Source: Callorhinchus milii | Taxonomy: Eukaryota | Direction of reading: 5' to 3' | Length of the DNA: 64,000 bases | Assembly (NCBI RefSeq): GCF_018977255.1 | Contig: NW_024704742.1 | Location: 88,600,001 to 88,664,000 of the forward strand | In this document: positions 46,655-60,941 of the stretch, piece by piece | Layout of the letters: the number at the start of each line of letters is the position of its first letter | Numbering within the stretch: position 1 is the stretch's first letter | The notes under the pieces: model-generated | Seen by the model: only the letters and a program-made list of their open reading frames with translations | What the model was told of the DNA's origin: nothing | Database searches by the model: none | Program-made: the position numbers and the translations under genes

Positions 46655-49600
46655 CCGACACCTCCATATACACCTCCATATACCCCCACACACACCTCCA
46701 TATACCCCCACACACACCTCCATATACCCCCACACACACCTCCATATACCCCCACACACACCTCCATATACCCCCACACACACCTCCATATACCCCCACA
46801 CACACCTCCATATACCCCACACACACCTCCATATACCCCACACACACCTCCATATACCCCCACACACACCTCCATATACCCCCACACACACCTCCATATA
46901 CCCCCACACACACCTCCATATACCCCCACACACACCTCCATATACCCCCACACACACCTCCATATACACCTCCATATACACCCCCACACACACCTCCATA
47001 TACACCTCCATATACCCCCACACACACCTCCATATACCCCCACACACACCTCCATATACACCTCCATATACACCCCCACACACACCTCCATATACACCTC
47101 CATATACCCCCACACACACCTCCATATACACCTCCATATACCCCCACACACACCTCCATATACACCTCCATATACCCCCACACACCTCCATATACACCTC
47201 CATATACCCCCCCACACACACCTCTACACACACCTCCATATACCCCCCACACACACACCTCCATATACCCCCCCACACACACCTCCATATACACCTCCAT
47301 ATACCCCCACACACACCTCCATATACCCCCACACACACCTCCATATACCCCCACATACACCTCCATATACACCCAAACACCTCCATATACCCCCCACACA
47401 CCTCCATATACACCTCCATATACCCCCCCACACACACCTCCACACACACCTTCATATACCCCCACACACACACCTCCATATACCCCCCCACACACACCTC
47501 CATATACACCTCCATATACCCCCCACACACACCTCCATATACCCCCCACACACACCTCCATATACCCCCACACACACCTCCATATACCCCCACACACACC
47601 TCCATATACCCCCCACACACCTCCATATACACCTCCATATACCCCCCACACACACCTCCATATACCCCCACACACACACCTCCATATACACCTCCATATA
47701 CCCCCACACACACACCTCCACACACACCTCCATATACCCCCACACACACACCTCCATATACACCTCCATATACCCCACACACACACCTCCATATACCCCC
47801 ACACACACCTCCATATACCCCCACACACACCTCCATATACCCCCACACACACCTCCATATACCCCCACACACACCTCCATATACCCCCACACACACCTCC
47901 ATATACCCCCACACACACCTCCATATACCCCCACACACACCTCCATATACCCCCACACACACCTCCATATACCCCCACACACACCTCCATATACCCCCAC
48001 ACACACCTCCATACACACCTCCATATACCCCCACACACACCTCCATATACCCCCACACACACCTCCATATACCCCCCCCCACACACCTCCATATACACCT
48101 CCATATACCCCACACACACCTCCATATACCCCCACACACACCTCCATATACACCTCCATATACCCCCACACACACCTCCATATACCCCCACACACACCTC
48201 CATATACCCCCCACACACCTCCATATACCCCCACATACACACCTCCATATACCCCCACACACACCTCCATATACCCCACACACACCTCCATATACCCCCC
48301 ACACACACCTCCATATACCCCCCCCACACACCTCCATATACACCTCCATATACCCCCACACACACCTCCATATACACCTCCATATACCCCCCCACACACA
48401 CCTCCATATACCCCCACACACACCTCCATATACACCTCCATATACCCCCACACACACCTCCATATACACCTCCATATACCCCCCACACACACCTCCACAC
48501 ACACCTCCATATACCCCCCACACACACCTCCATATACCGCCCCACACACACCTCCATATACCCCCACACACACCTCCATATACACCTCCATATACCCCCC
48601 CACACACACCTCCATATACACCTCCATATACACCCCCACACACATCTCCATATACACCTCCATATACCCCCACACACACACCTCCATATACCCCCACACA
48701 CACCTCCATATACCCCCCACACACACCTCCATATACACCTCCATATACACCCCCACACACATCTCCATATACACCTCCATATACCCCCCACACACACCTC
48801 CATATACACCTCCATATACACCTCCATATACCCCCACACACACCTCCATATACACCTCCATATACCCCCCCACACACACCTCCACACACACCTCCATATA
48901 CCCCCCCACACACACCTCCATATACCCCCCACACACACCTCCATATACACCTCCCCCCCCCCACGCACCTCCATATACACCCCCACACACACCTCCATAT
49001 ACACCTCCATATACACCCCCACACACACCTCCATATACACCTCCCCCCCACACACACCTCCATATACACCTCCATATACACCCCCACACACACCTCCATA
49101 TACACCCGGACACACACCTCCATATACACCCCCCACACACCCCACATACACCCCCCCCCCACACACACACCACACACCTCCATATACACCTCCATATACC
49201 CCCCCACACACCTCCATATACACCTCCAATTACCCCCCCACACCTCCATATACACCTCCATATACCCCCCCACACACACCTCCATATACACCCCACACAC
49301 ACCTCCATATACACCCCACACAACAACAACAAGATTCCATTTATAGAGCGCCTTTCACTCGGGAGGACGTCCCAAGGCGCTGCACAGTTGGGTCATGACC
49401 CGAGCAAGGGGGAAATGGTGAGGGTGAGGGGAGGGAAGGGAGGGAGCGAGGAGGGGGTAGAGAGTCGAGAGGGGAGCTGAAGGCACGGTCAAAGAGAAAG
49501 GTCTTGAGACCGGCCTTGAAGGAGGAAAGGGAGGAGGCGGCGAAGGCACTGGGGGATGGAGTTCCAGAGCCTCGGGCTGAGAGGCTGAAGGCCCGACCAC

Positions 49601-50280
49601 CGATGGTAGGGCGGTTGGGGCGGGGGATGTGGAGCAGACCGGAGCCATGAACACACACACACACATCTCCATATACACCCCCCACAAACACACACACCTC
49701 CACATACCCCCCCACACACACACCTTCATATACACCCCCCCCCACCCACACACACACCTCCATATACCCGCCCACACACACACCTCCATATACCCCCCCC
49801 CACACACACACACCTCCATATACACACACACCTCCATATACACCCCCACACACACACACACCTCCATATACACACACACCTCCATATACACCCCCACACA
49901 CACCTCCATATACACCCCCACAAACACACACACCTCCATATACCCCCCCACACACACACACACCTCCATATACACACACACCTCCATATACACCCCCACA
50001 CACACCTCCATATACACCCCCACACACACCTCCATATACACCCCCACAAACACACACACCTCCATACACCCCCCCACGCACACACCTCCATATACCCCCC
50101 CCCACACACACCTCCATATACACCCCCCCCACACACACCTCCATATACACCCCCACACACACACCTCCATATACACCTCCCCCACACACACACCTTCATA
50201 TACACCCCCCTCACACACACAAACACTTTCACGTACATCACACCCCCCACACACCTCCACTTTCAGTCCCCCTCCACATT
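46655..50280. repeat. C-rich minisatellite, unit approx. CACACACACCTCCATATACCCC, interrupted by an L2 fragment at 49321-49648
   Basis: About 3.3 kb of directly visible tandem units; source of the 600-1082 aa HTPPYTP/GVYGG ORFs. Confidence 0.98.
49321..49648 (-). mobile_element. Young L2 3' end inserted in the minisatellite
   Basis: Near-identical reverse complement of 38345-38667. Confidence 0.9.
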
Positions 50281-50624
50281 TAGCTCCACCCATCAACACA
50301 CACACCTCCACATACAGCTCCCCCCACACACACCTCCCTCACAATTCCACATAGAGCGCCCTCCCCCAAACACCTTCTCCCCAACACCCCCCCCCCCGCC
50401 CCACAACTTAACACCACACTAACACCCCCCTCACACACACACATCAAAACTAATACCCCCACACACACCAACAGTAGGGCCCCCCCACCCAACACACACC
50501 AACGCTAAGACACCAACACATACAAACATTTCCACCCCCCACACCAACCCCACCCATCCACACACACACACACACACTAACACCCATTGCCTATGATACT
50601 TGTAGAATCAAAGAGCATGATAAA

Positions 50625-51675
50625 CCACAACAACAACTTGCATTTATAAAGCGCCCTTCACGCGGGATAGTGTCCCAGAGCGCTTGACAGTGGTGGAGTC
50701 GGAGAGGGGAGGTGAACGTAAGCACAGTCAAAAAGGAAGGTCTTGAGGCGTGATTTGAAGGTGGGTGGGGGAGGAATTGAGAGAGGGAGTTCCATAGCTT
50801 CAGGGTGTAGTGGCGAGAGCACGGCAGCCGATGGTGGAGGGGGCGATGGATGACCAGCGGGCCGGAGCTGGCCGGCAGGAGGCAGTGGTGGGGGGGAATA
50901 AGCAAATCGGATAGGTTGGAGATGAGAGGACATGAAGAGATTTGAAAATGAGTGAGAGGATCTTGAAATCAATCCGTTTGGTAATTGGGAGCCGGTGCAG
51001 CCTGGCAAGGGCTGGTGTGATGGGGGTTCGGAGGTTTGTGCGGGTGAGTATTCAGGCGGCGGAGTTCTGAATTAATTGAATTTTGCGTATGGTGGAACTC
51101 GGGAGACCATCGAGGAGGGCATTGGAATAGTCCAGCCGGGAAGTGACAAAGTGTGGACAAGGGTTTTGGCTGCTGTGGGTGTAAGATATGGACAGAGGCG
51201 GGCAATGTGGCGGAGGTGGAAAAAAGCGATCCTGGTCAGGGAACGGATGTGGGGGAGAAAGGAAAGCTGTGGATCGAATCTGACGCCTAAATTGAGCACA
51301 GGTTTGGTGAGTCTGAGGGAGAGCCTGGGGAGGTTGAGGAGTTTTGACCCGCAGGAAAGAAGACATTGACGGAAGCCAAAGAGTATGGCTTCCCTCTTGC
51401 CGACATTCAGCTGCAGGACACTTGCGTGCATCCAGGCCTTGATGTCCGACAGACAAGCAGACAGAACATCAGCAAACTGGGAGTCGCAGCTGGAGAATGA
51501 GAAGTAGATTTGGGTGTCATCCACATACATGTGGAAGTTGACATCATGTCTGTGGATGTTATCGCTGAGAGCGATCATGTAAATGATGAAAAGAAGGGAG
51601 CCAAGAATGGAGCCTTGGGGTACCCCGCAAATGATCAGACGAGTGCTGGAGGAGAAACCGTTTGCTGAGACCATT
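50625..51675 (-). mobile_element. L2-clade LINE, RT domain to 3' tail
   Basis: CGVPQGSILGSLLFIIYM...FHMYVDDTQIY...LQLNVGK...NLGVRFD...FVTSRLDYSNALL...LIQNSAA; tail AGCGCT...TTATAAATGCAAGTTGTTG. Confidence 0.92.
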
Positions 51676-52298
51676 TACAAAACATTCTTTGTAATGTGCA
51701 AAGAATGTACAGCATAGAAGTGGGCCACACAGCCCAACTGGTCTGTGCTGGTGTTTATACCCCACATGAATTTTCACCCACTCCTTACTCTCTCCCAACC
51801 CTTCTATTTCCCTTTCCCTCTTGTGAAGGTCTAGCTTCCTCTTGAGTTTTATCTACACTATCCGATTCAAGGCACCTTCAGGCAGCGAGTTCCACAGTCT
51901 CTCCATCCTCTGTATGAAGTTGTACCTCCTAAGTTCTCATTCAATGAACACACAAAAAAAGCTACCTTTATTTTCTTCTCAACCTGATGCATTTTAATTA
52001 TTTATTTGCTTTCTATTTGTTGAAAACATCTCTGTTTAGCTTGGTTGTGCTTCTGCTTCCAGTTAAGGTGTGGTGCCCACAATAGGATCCTCAGCTCAGC
52101 TTGCAGATGAGCACCTTGTTTAAATGGCACCAGAGTTTGGAAAAGGTGGTGCTTTATTTAGCTTATTATTTGTCGGTGAATGTTGGACTGTATTTAAAGA
52201 ACGAGGAAGCCCATAGCTTTTTAATTTTTTAATTTACCAGTAATCTTTTATTATGTACTTGAGATATCTATTTCTTTGTTCGTTTTGTATCCTTGTAG

Positions 52299-52487
52299 GC
52301 AGGAAAAATTGTTTTGGAGAAAGAAACTATTAATGAGCCGAGTGATTTGGAAGAAGGTGGCTTGGATCTCAGTATTGTACTGAAGCCAATCAGTTCATAT
52401 ATCTCAGACAGAAAAGAAATGTTGGAACAATGCTTCAGAGTCATCGGTGAAAGAAAGCTCCAGAAAATGCTTCCGGATATTTTAAAG
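52299..52487 (+). CDS. CAAP1: CAAP1 exon 2
   Basis: ccttgtag|GCA ... AAG|gtatcc; 189 nt; SDLEEGGLDLSIVLKPISSYISDRKEMLEQCFRVIGERKLQKMLPDILK is the conserved CAAP1 core. Confidence 0.93.
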
Positions 52488-53381
52488 GTATCCACTATTT
52501 TGTTTTGTCACCCGTCGCCTAAGAAAACAATGCATCAGCTTAACATTTGTAAACCTGTCCACTTCAATCTTTTATACTGTTGGGAAATAAAATTGGTTGA
52601 GTAAGAAATAGCCTTCTTCATTTTCAATTTTTTTTTTGGTTCAGCCAAATGTCTGACACATCATCATGTTTAAGAAAATCTGAACCAAACTACTAAGAGT
52701 TCCATGTCTGGAATGAAATGCTATGCTTCCTTTTAACTAATAACGTGTGTAACTTATCATAACAAACTTTCTCGGCAAGGCCATCATTGACTTAATGTTT
52801 AAGCACAGTATGTTAATACTTTTTTTGTCAATACTTTACTAACTTGCATAACAATTGTTGAAGTGTTTGCTAAATCAATAAAGTATCAAATTTCATATTT
52901 GTTTTCAAAATTGAATGCCTTTTCCTGCAAAACCTATTCTGAGAAACTAATTTACACTTGTTTCTGATAGTTTGTTATAAATATCTGACTTTTCTCAAAG
53001 AGATAAGATTTAGGTGCAAGGCTCCCAAGACGTTTTTACTGTCATTACTTTAGTATTGCAGGACTGTGACAATATTTTATTTTGGTATAGTGTCACAGTA
53101 ATGCTGATGTAGGATTGTAAGCTATGGTTAGATATTGAACATTAGTTGTGAATGATTAACAGATGATGAACAATAAGTGTAAATTGGATGAAACAGGCCT
53201 GATGTTCAGCTGTGAGTTTGGAGATGTATTTTTCTATGCCTTTTGGAGTGCAGAATGTGAGTTTCATACTGAAAGATGCAGTCAAGGATATATTGTGACT
53301 TGAATTTAGAATATAAAATATTTGCCTGCAAAACGCAGTGGTATTTTTTGTGACTGATATTTTGTGTTTTGTCTCCAGCAG

Positions 53382-53466
53382 AATTGTTCTGTGGAAGAAA
53401 TTAAGAATCTGTGTCTGGAGCAGCTGAAACTGTTATCTGATAAGAGACTCCTTCAAATTCTAGAGG
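53382..53466 (+). CDS. CAAP1: CAAP1 exon 3
   Basis: ctccagcag|AAT TGT ... GAG G|gtaagg; 85 nt; NCSVEEIKNLCLEQLKLLSDKRLLQILE. NAGNAG acceptor (alternative start 53379 adds Q). Confidence 0.92.
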
Positions 53467-54046
53467 GTAAGGTGTGATTTGGAAGAAGGTGGTGTGATTT
53501 GGAAGAACATGTGATTCGGAAAAAGGGGTTAAAAAAGCACTAAGCTTTTTTATTCCTTTTTTATACAAAAAAAAACAAAGCCAGAGGGTAGAGGCATAGT
53601 AGCTGAAGGCTCAACCATCAATAGTGGGATGGAATAGGCCCATGTTTGCCGGGCCAAGGGGGTAAACAGAAAAGTGAGGCTGGAGAAGATTGCAGAGGTG
53701 GGAGGCGTGAGGGTATGAAGGGATTTATAGGAGGATAATTGGGCAGAACCCTAGAAGATCTCTTTTGAAAAAAATGCCATGAAATCTTTAACATCCACCT
53801 GAACAGGTAGACTGGACCTCAGTTTAACATCTCGTTAGAAGAACAGCATTTCTGAAATTTCAGTGTCCCTGAACACTGCAGTGTCAGATTTGATTTTAAA
53901 TTCACAGTCTCGACATGATCCTTGAACCCACAACCTTTATCCCAGAGCGAAAGTGCTACCAACTGAGTCAAAGTGACACCACTGCGAAGATGTTAGTGCC
54001 ATACACTATTGCACGCGAGTATCAATTTTAGTCTTTTTGATTGTAG

Positions 54047-54128
54047 GTGATGATCTTGGTTCGTCTGATACAGAAGACGACGCAAGTGGAAATGACAGGA
54101 AAAAGAAAAAACTTGAAACAGAAAGTCA
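54047..54128 (+). CDS. CAAP1: CAAP1 exon 4
   Basis: ttgtag|GT GAT ... AGT CA|gtaagt; 82 nt, phase 1/2; GDDLGSSDTEDDASGNDRKKKKLETES. Later exons not found in the window. Confidence 0.8.
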
Positions 54129-55364
54129 GTAAGTATACAGCAGTGTATAGAACATGTTTTCAGTTTGCCTCCTGTTTAATTAAGGTAGGCAGCTGAATAG
54201 GTTGACCTTAGCGCTTGTGGTGTACTAAATATTTACCCTCTTGAATTCTTCTATAAAATATAAATTAAATAATATTTTCATACGTCAATCATTGAAATAG
54301 CATCCTATCAAAGTTCACTAGATGATCTTGGATAGATTGATTATAACAAAATAATTGTTGTCTTTAAGAGGTCCACAATTAATCATCTGAGATTTGGAGC
54401 TTTGAATGTGACATTTGTGAATAGTAATTTATAATGAAAATATTTACTTAAATCTACAATATTTTGGTACAATTTCGAAAAAATGCTGTAATTTTCAGTT
54501 ATAAATACACATGGTGTCACTTGCATCACTGTTCCTACTAATCATGTGCTATTATCTCTGGAACATAATTGCAACATAAAGTATCTTGAGGTTAATCCTA
54601 AAACTGCAATATTAAAGATACTATTTTCATTGGAACTCTTCATCCCAATATGACATACTTATAGACATACTTGTTCTATGAAAATGCTCAGCAGGTTTGA
54701 TTGTGCACTGTAAATCAAGGGGTAACATTTCTAGCATTAGTTTTCGCTACCTCTTCAGCACTTCAATTGTTGCCTTTGCTGTTTTTGCATCAGCTGCTGT
54801 GCTTTCCTCATACTTTCCCAGTAGGAAACATTCCCAAGTATTTTTCTGCTTTTTTGAGTTTTTATCGTAGAGATTGCATTTTATTGGCAGTGTGACCAGG
54901 AATACCAGGCAGTATCCATTTCTTCATTTAATATAGCATTTTGTTGACTCATTTCTTTGTACAAATCAAAGTTTAAATCTATACCCATACAGCTTTGTAC
55001 ATGTCAATAACAGAATGTTTACAACATGTGTTTCTTACCACTGCTTCTTATAAAGATACATCTTTTATCCATTCCTTCTGAAACATATTCTCTGAAAAGA
55101 CCAAAGGCCTAGACTCTGGTCCTAGATGGACAGTGGCCAAACCAACATCAGAAGTTGCTTCAGGCACTGAATACAACCTTACACATCCAGGGAGAAAACA
55201 TCAAGGTTTTATATGATTTAGCAGTCTTCCTCCATCCACTTATAGATAATAATTTTAATAACCATTCGTATATTTAATATAGCACCTTATCACACTGTCA
55301 AGACGTCTATAAAGCTTGGGTCGTTCGCCCAAAAATACTCATTCGCTCCACTTCATAATAAATG

Positions 55365-56175
55365 AATGCCCTACTTGTCGACCTCCCAACTTCTCCCTTC
55401 ATAGACTGCAGATCATCCAGAACTCTGCAGCCCGTATCCTCTCCCGCACCAGGCTCTGCGATCCTATCACCTCCATCCTTGCCCGACTCCACTGGCTTCA
55501 AACCACACAGAGGATGTAGTTCAAGATCCTGGTCCTCAATTTCAAAACCCTCCACGGTCTTTCTCCCCCCTACCTCTGTGACCTCCTAACCCCTGACCAA
55601 CCTCCCTGCTCCCTCCGCTCAGTGGGCTCTGGCCTGCTCCACATTTCCCGCTTCGCCTGCACCACCATTAGCGGGCGAGCCTTCAGCCACTGTGCCACCA
55701 CCCTCTGGAACTCCATCTTGCAGTCCCTCCACCTCGCCCCTCCCTTGCCTCCTTCAAACCCATCTCAAGACCCTCATCTTCGACCATGCTTTCGATTACC
55801 CTTCTTTTCAAGATCCTCAATTTTAAGATCCTCACATTCGTTTTCGAATCCCTTCATGCCCTGGTACCTCCCTATCTCTTTGACCTGCTTACCCCACACC
55901 CCGCTGCCTTGTGCATGTCCCTCGTGCCTTCCGTTCCACCATTGGTGCCGCACTTTCGGCCACTACGCCCGAGACTCTGGAACACTCTTCTTCTATCCCT
56001 CTGCCTTGCCCCTTCCTTCCGCTTGTTCAGGTTGCGCCTTAAGATCTTCCTATTTGACTGTGCCTACAGTCACCTACCCCTGGGTCGGCGTCATGCTCCG
56101 CCATTGTCAAGCGCTTTGGGACACTACCCTGCATGAGGGGGGGGGCTATATAAATGAAAATTGCTGCTGTTGTCG
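55365..56175 (+). mobile_element. Two tandem L2 3' fragments
   Basis: LQIIQNSAARILSRTRLCDPITSILARLHW, then a second copy restarting at FKILT (about 55807) and ending in the L2 tail. Confidence 0.8.
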
Positions 56176-58714
56176 TCCTGATGTAAAAAAATTCCATTCT
56201 AAATGCAAAGATTATTATTATAGTACTACACAGGACATATTGTAAGTGGTTGACTGTATTTTGTGGTTGAACACAGCAGCCAGTTTGCATTGGAGTGTCA
56301 GCATGGACTTCCACAACCTTCAGACTCAGAGGAGAGAGGGCTACCAACTGAGCCAGGCTGGCACCAGGTTCTAAGATTTCAGTATTAGCAGGCCGTTAGT
56401 CGTCTCTGGGATAAGATTAAGTTATAATACCAGGCTCAAATTCAAGAGTATAGGTGTCAGCTCAGGCTCCTTTTGAAGTCTGCTCTGTGGGGGGGGCTCA
56501 TAGTAAGAAGGTTTTATACTGCGAACATTTATTTATTCATTCACACCAATAATGCTGTAAGCTGCTTAGATCCGTAGACCTTTAATTGAAACATTTAACT
56601 TAGATGAACAGGAGGCTGTTTGAGGAATTCACAATTATATTCAGATTAGTTGCCTCATATATCGTTCTTACTAAGGATACCACTGGCAACTGGAATGTGT
56701 TCTTTTGATTGTTCAACACAACACCGTGCTGTGACTCTCATTACTCATGGTTCTTTCCTCAAGGTGTTTGTCTGGGCCAATTCCTGACTGCTGAGTGGAA
56801 AATTAAGGCCATAATAAAGCATTAGCCTTAAATCAGTTTGCACAAACGAACATCCACCTCACCCAAACTCCAACTAATTGGAGCACAGTAGGCAGGCTAG
56901 CCCTTGTTAATTTGAATTTGTAAAAGAGTACTAAGTAAGAAAACTTCAAATTCCAGATTGACATTTTCAAATCCCTGACCTAGCGTTTTGCAAGAGAAGT
57001 GATTTGGATGTGGACAGTCTCCCAATGCAGTTTTCAATATAATATGTTTCCACCTCTATTTTAACAGGCATTACACTTCACCTCCCATACAGCTGTGTTA
57101 AGCTAATGGATAAAGATCTTGGACTTGATGAGGGATTGCTTTGGCTAGTATGCTGATGCTGGTTTTAGTTCATATTGTTTATAAAGCCTCTACTTCAGTT
57201 TTGACAGAGCTTGAAATCTACTTTGTTGAGATAGTACCTTGTGCTATACCAAATACGAGAGAGACAAAAAAGAACCCATCAAGTATCACTAGCCCCTTGA
57301 CATATTCTAGTACAATCCTGTTTGAGTTTGGTGCTCAACCACCGTTCCATTTAGTGACTTGCTATTTTTACTGAACCTGATGGAAGTCATGTTGCATGAA
57401 ATAATATTGATTTCTAGATTCCTGGATTCTCTCTTTCCCAGTGATTTTATAACACAGAACAGACTCAATTTGGGGTTCCATGAGTCGTGTTTCCTGCATC
57501 TCACCAGAACAGTCATATTTCAGTGGTTCCTTCGTCAGTCCTTTTCATTTTTGCCCCTGGTTCTTTGTGGCACTATCCAGTAGAATAATGTAGCAGTCTT
57601 AATGGACTGGATGGCCTGTGTCAATGACCTATGTTCCTATTCCTCATATAAATGTGGTCGGAACAGTACTTATGAAGCAAAAGGTTTGTTTAAAATTATT
57701 TCTGCTAAAAACTAAATCCAAAAGTTTGTATTCCTGTGGCAGAAGGATGTTATCAGAGAATTTTGTAAATGATAGTTGCATGCTGGCTTTCTGGCCAGCT
57801 TGCTTTCTGCACACCAGCTGGCCGCAAGCTAAAGTGTCCGACTTGCAGGTCAATAGGTCACTACTTTATGTGCATTGCACAGATAGAGACGTCACAGATA
57901 CCTGGTGATCTGGACGTTAGCCATTTTAGTTTCTCTTGTGCTAAGAATGATGACTTCTGGATTATTAGGTTGATGGAACTTCCTGCTTTGCGCATATATA
58001 GGCCACAGGTAGGGTTGCTGGGAAGTTGGAAGTTGTTTTTTTTTAAGCATAGCTGCTCCTTATAGGGTTGGGAATTCATGCAAGTTGTTGTTGTAGAGTT
58101 GTTTTATTAAACATAGAATGCTTTGGCTACTGAGACCATAGCCCTTAAACGGGAATTGGATGAACTTTAGAGGATTAAAATATAGAAGGGTACAGAAAAA
58201 AAACTTAGAACATTTAGAGGATTAGAGCAGTTAGCTCCAGTGGCAAACCAGCACAGCTTTAGGCTTCATTTATCTTTGCTGCGGATTTCTGTGATTCCAT
58301 ACACTTCATTCCTGAGCAAGTCATGATCATCTCGTTTCAAGTTAGTTCAGAACCCAGTGAAAAATATCTGCTCATTGACAGTATTGTGTAGGGTGTGGTC
58401 TATACTGTGGAATGTAACACAGCTTCTTTAACGGGTTGATTTAGACAATCAAAATATCCTCCCAAGCATTGGGCATGATAGAAAGTTTAACTTGCAATAG
58501 AAAGGTAATTTGTAAAAAGTTTTACTTGGAGCCACCAGAGATTTTCTTTCCTTGTTGATTGATTCTCAACATCTTTGGGTATGTTCAGCCAGAATTCTTC
58601 TGGTCAGTAGGATTCTGGATTGCACCAGGAAATTATTTATGTTTCTTGGAACTGAGAGAAGCAGGCATTTTCATTGTGGGTGTGGTACTCCTCACATTGA
58701 CATTGCAACCAAAT

Positions 58715-58982
58715 CTTTTTTTGTATATTTTGTGGGCGAAATGCGGTAGCCAATTGCACACAGCAGTGTCCCACAAACAGTCGTGGAGTGAGTGACCAAT
58801 TTTTTTTTTTCTGAAGGAATTATTTCCCCTGGAAAATTGATCCACCAATCGACTAACAACTGGGTTCCTACTTACTGCTAGGTAAACAGAGATGTGCAGA
58901 GTAAGGAAATTTGCCCAACATTTCGCCGTGCCGGGAATCGAACCCAGGTCTCTCGAGTGTTCCAACCACTAATCTACAGGAT
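58715..58982 (-). mobile_element. tRNA-derived SINE (same family, tail missing)
   Basis: Body and head match 45290-45505. Confidence 0.8.
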
Positions 58983-60941
58983 ATATCCAGAGATTGAGCA
59001 AGCATGATACTATATAGAAATTCCAAATTACCCTCCCTCTTTTTCTCCCTCTCCCCTCCACACCCCCCCGCCCCTATTTTCTTGTTGCAATTTTGTTTGT
59101 ACCACAGTATAACACTTTACTGAACAAACAAGAATAAGGTATTTGGAAACCAGTTAGGCAACCTCTGTTTCATACATTATTTAGATGTGTCCAAAAAAAT
59201 CCAATCCTTTGCTAGTAATGTATTATACCAGCAGTGGTTCTTGCAGCCTTGATCACATTTCTTAACCTTGCGCAATACTAAACTCTCCAAACACGTGGGA
59301 GTACAGGTGGAACATAGGTAATATTAAAAGCTATTTCTCTCAAAAATATTTGCATAATTCACTGCACTTAGATGTGCAGGTTATGTTAACTTTGAGCTTA
59401 ATGCATCTTCACTGAACAGAAGATTTTTCCTGAAGGTCATTTTGAAATTTACCAAAAATTCAACCTAGAAGTATGTCATTAAACATTTTTGGTATTCTTC
59501 AGCAACTCCACACTAGTCAGGTAAAACAAAGAGAGCCTAGAATGTTTACATATAGTGAAGATGCCTCAGTGTATATTATAGTTTTTTTTGTGACTTCAAA
59601 AAAATTCACGAGTTTAAGATAAATATTGAGTTTCCAGGATTGTGTGTGAACTGCATTCCAAATCTAATTGTACAATTTTGAGTGTCTGGAGTAAAGTTTT
59701 GCACATAGATGCAATTTGATTTTTTTTGTTTCCCAGTAAATCTAAAACTTTTGATATTAACAATTCTTACATTTGGTATAGTAACTTTCAGATTGGGAGG
59801 ATGTCTGTCAGTGCTTCACAGGATATACTGTAAATTGGAGTGACTGTGTGGGAACGCAGCAGTCAATTTGCACACATCAATGTCCCACAAACAGCCATCA
59901 AGTGAATGAACAATTTTATTTGTAGGATTGTTGGCCTGGATGCCTGAACAAACTCCCATCTTTTTAAATGCCATGGGATCTTTAATGTCCAGCTGAACAG
60001 GGAGACAGGACCTTGGTTGTTTAACATCGCATTTGAAGGACGGTATCTCCAACAATGCAGCACATTCCCAGCACTGCATTGGAGTGTTTGGCTAGGATGC
60101 GAGTTTAAAGTCCTGATGTGGAGCATGAATACACAACATGCTGACCCCATTCAATTTCTGTGCCCACATGCATAAAGCAGGAAGTGATGTCGGCAGTTCT
60201 GATGATCGGTATATTGGCCATTTTAGCTTCCTGTGAACAAAAAGGCATCTTCCAAGTCATGAGGTCACTGCTGGTGCCACTTCCTATTTTGCACATGCAA
60301 CATCGACAATCTGATAATTTGTAAGTCTGCCATATTTTTAGTTTGCAGGAAGCAAAAATGGCCAACGCTCAGGTCATCAGATCTCTGCCAAGCGAGCAGG
60401 TTGGCTGCACAAAATCACAGTGAAACTTACCATCTCATCTCATACCATGCATTGGGATTTTATTTATCCCAACCACTGCGAAATAATAGCGTAGCACCTT
60501 ATATGTAAATGTCTTAACGTGCTTTGCTCAATGAGTTACTCGGAAATGTAGTTATTGTTAGGTATGTGCACCAGCTAGTCTGTTCCACAAATAGCAAGAA
60601 GATGAATGACTGGATAATCAGTTTTCATGGCAAGTGTGGATAAGGGAGGACACCTAAACTACTTCCTGTTCTTTGAGAGAATGCCACGAGATAATTGACA
60701 TTCACCAGAACAGACAGATGAGACCTAGAATTGTAGCTTGTTCATTTTAGTTTTTAAGAATTACTCAGATGAAATGCAAGGCGTCCTTGAGAAGACTGTA
60801 ATATTGTGTTTGTGTTGGATTCATCTAAATACCTTGTCAGTTAAAAATTATACTGATATTTTTAACATTTTAGAATAGCATGAATTTTACATTTGGGTTC
60901 AAAATATTCCTTGCCAAAAAGTTCAGGATGTTTTTAGTAAA

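Noticed and set aside
46232..50354. ORFs of 600-1082 aa (HTPPYTP / GVYGG) resembling extensin or mucin
   Set aside because: Translations of a minisatellite open in multiple frames on both strands, inside CAAP1 intron 1. Only the CAAP1 exon 1 part is coding.
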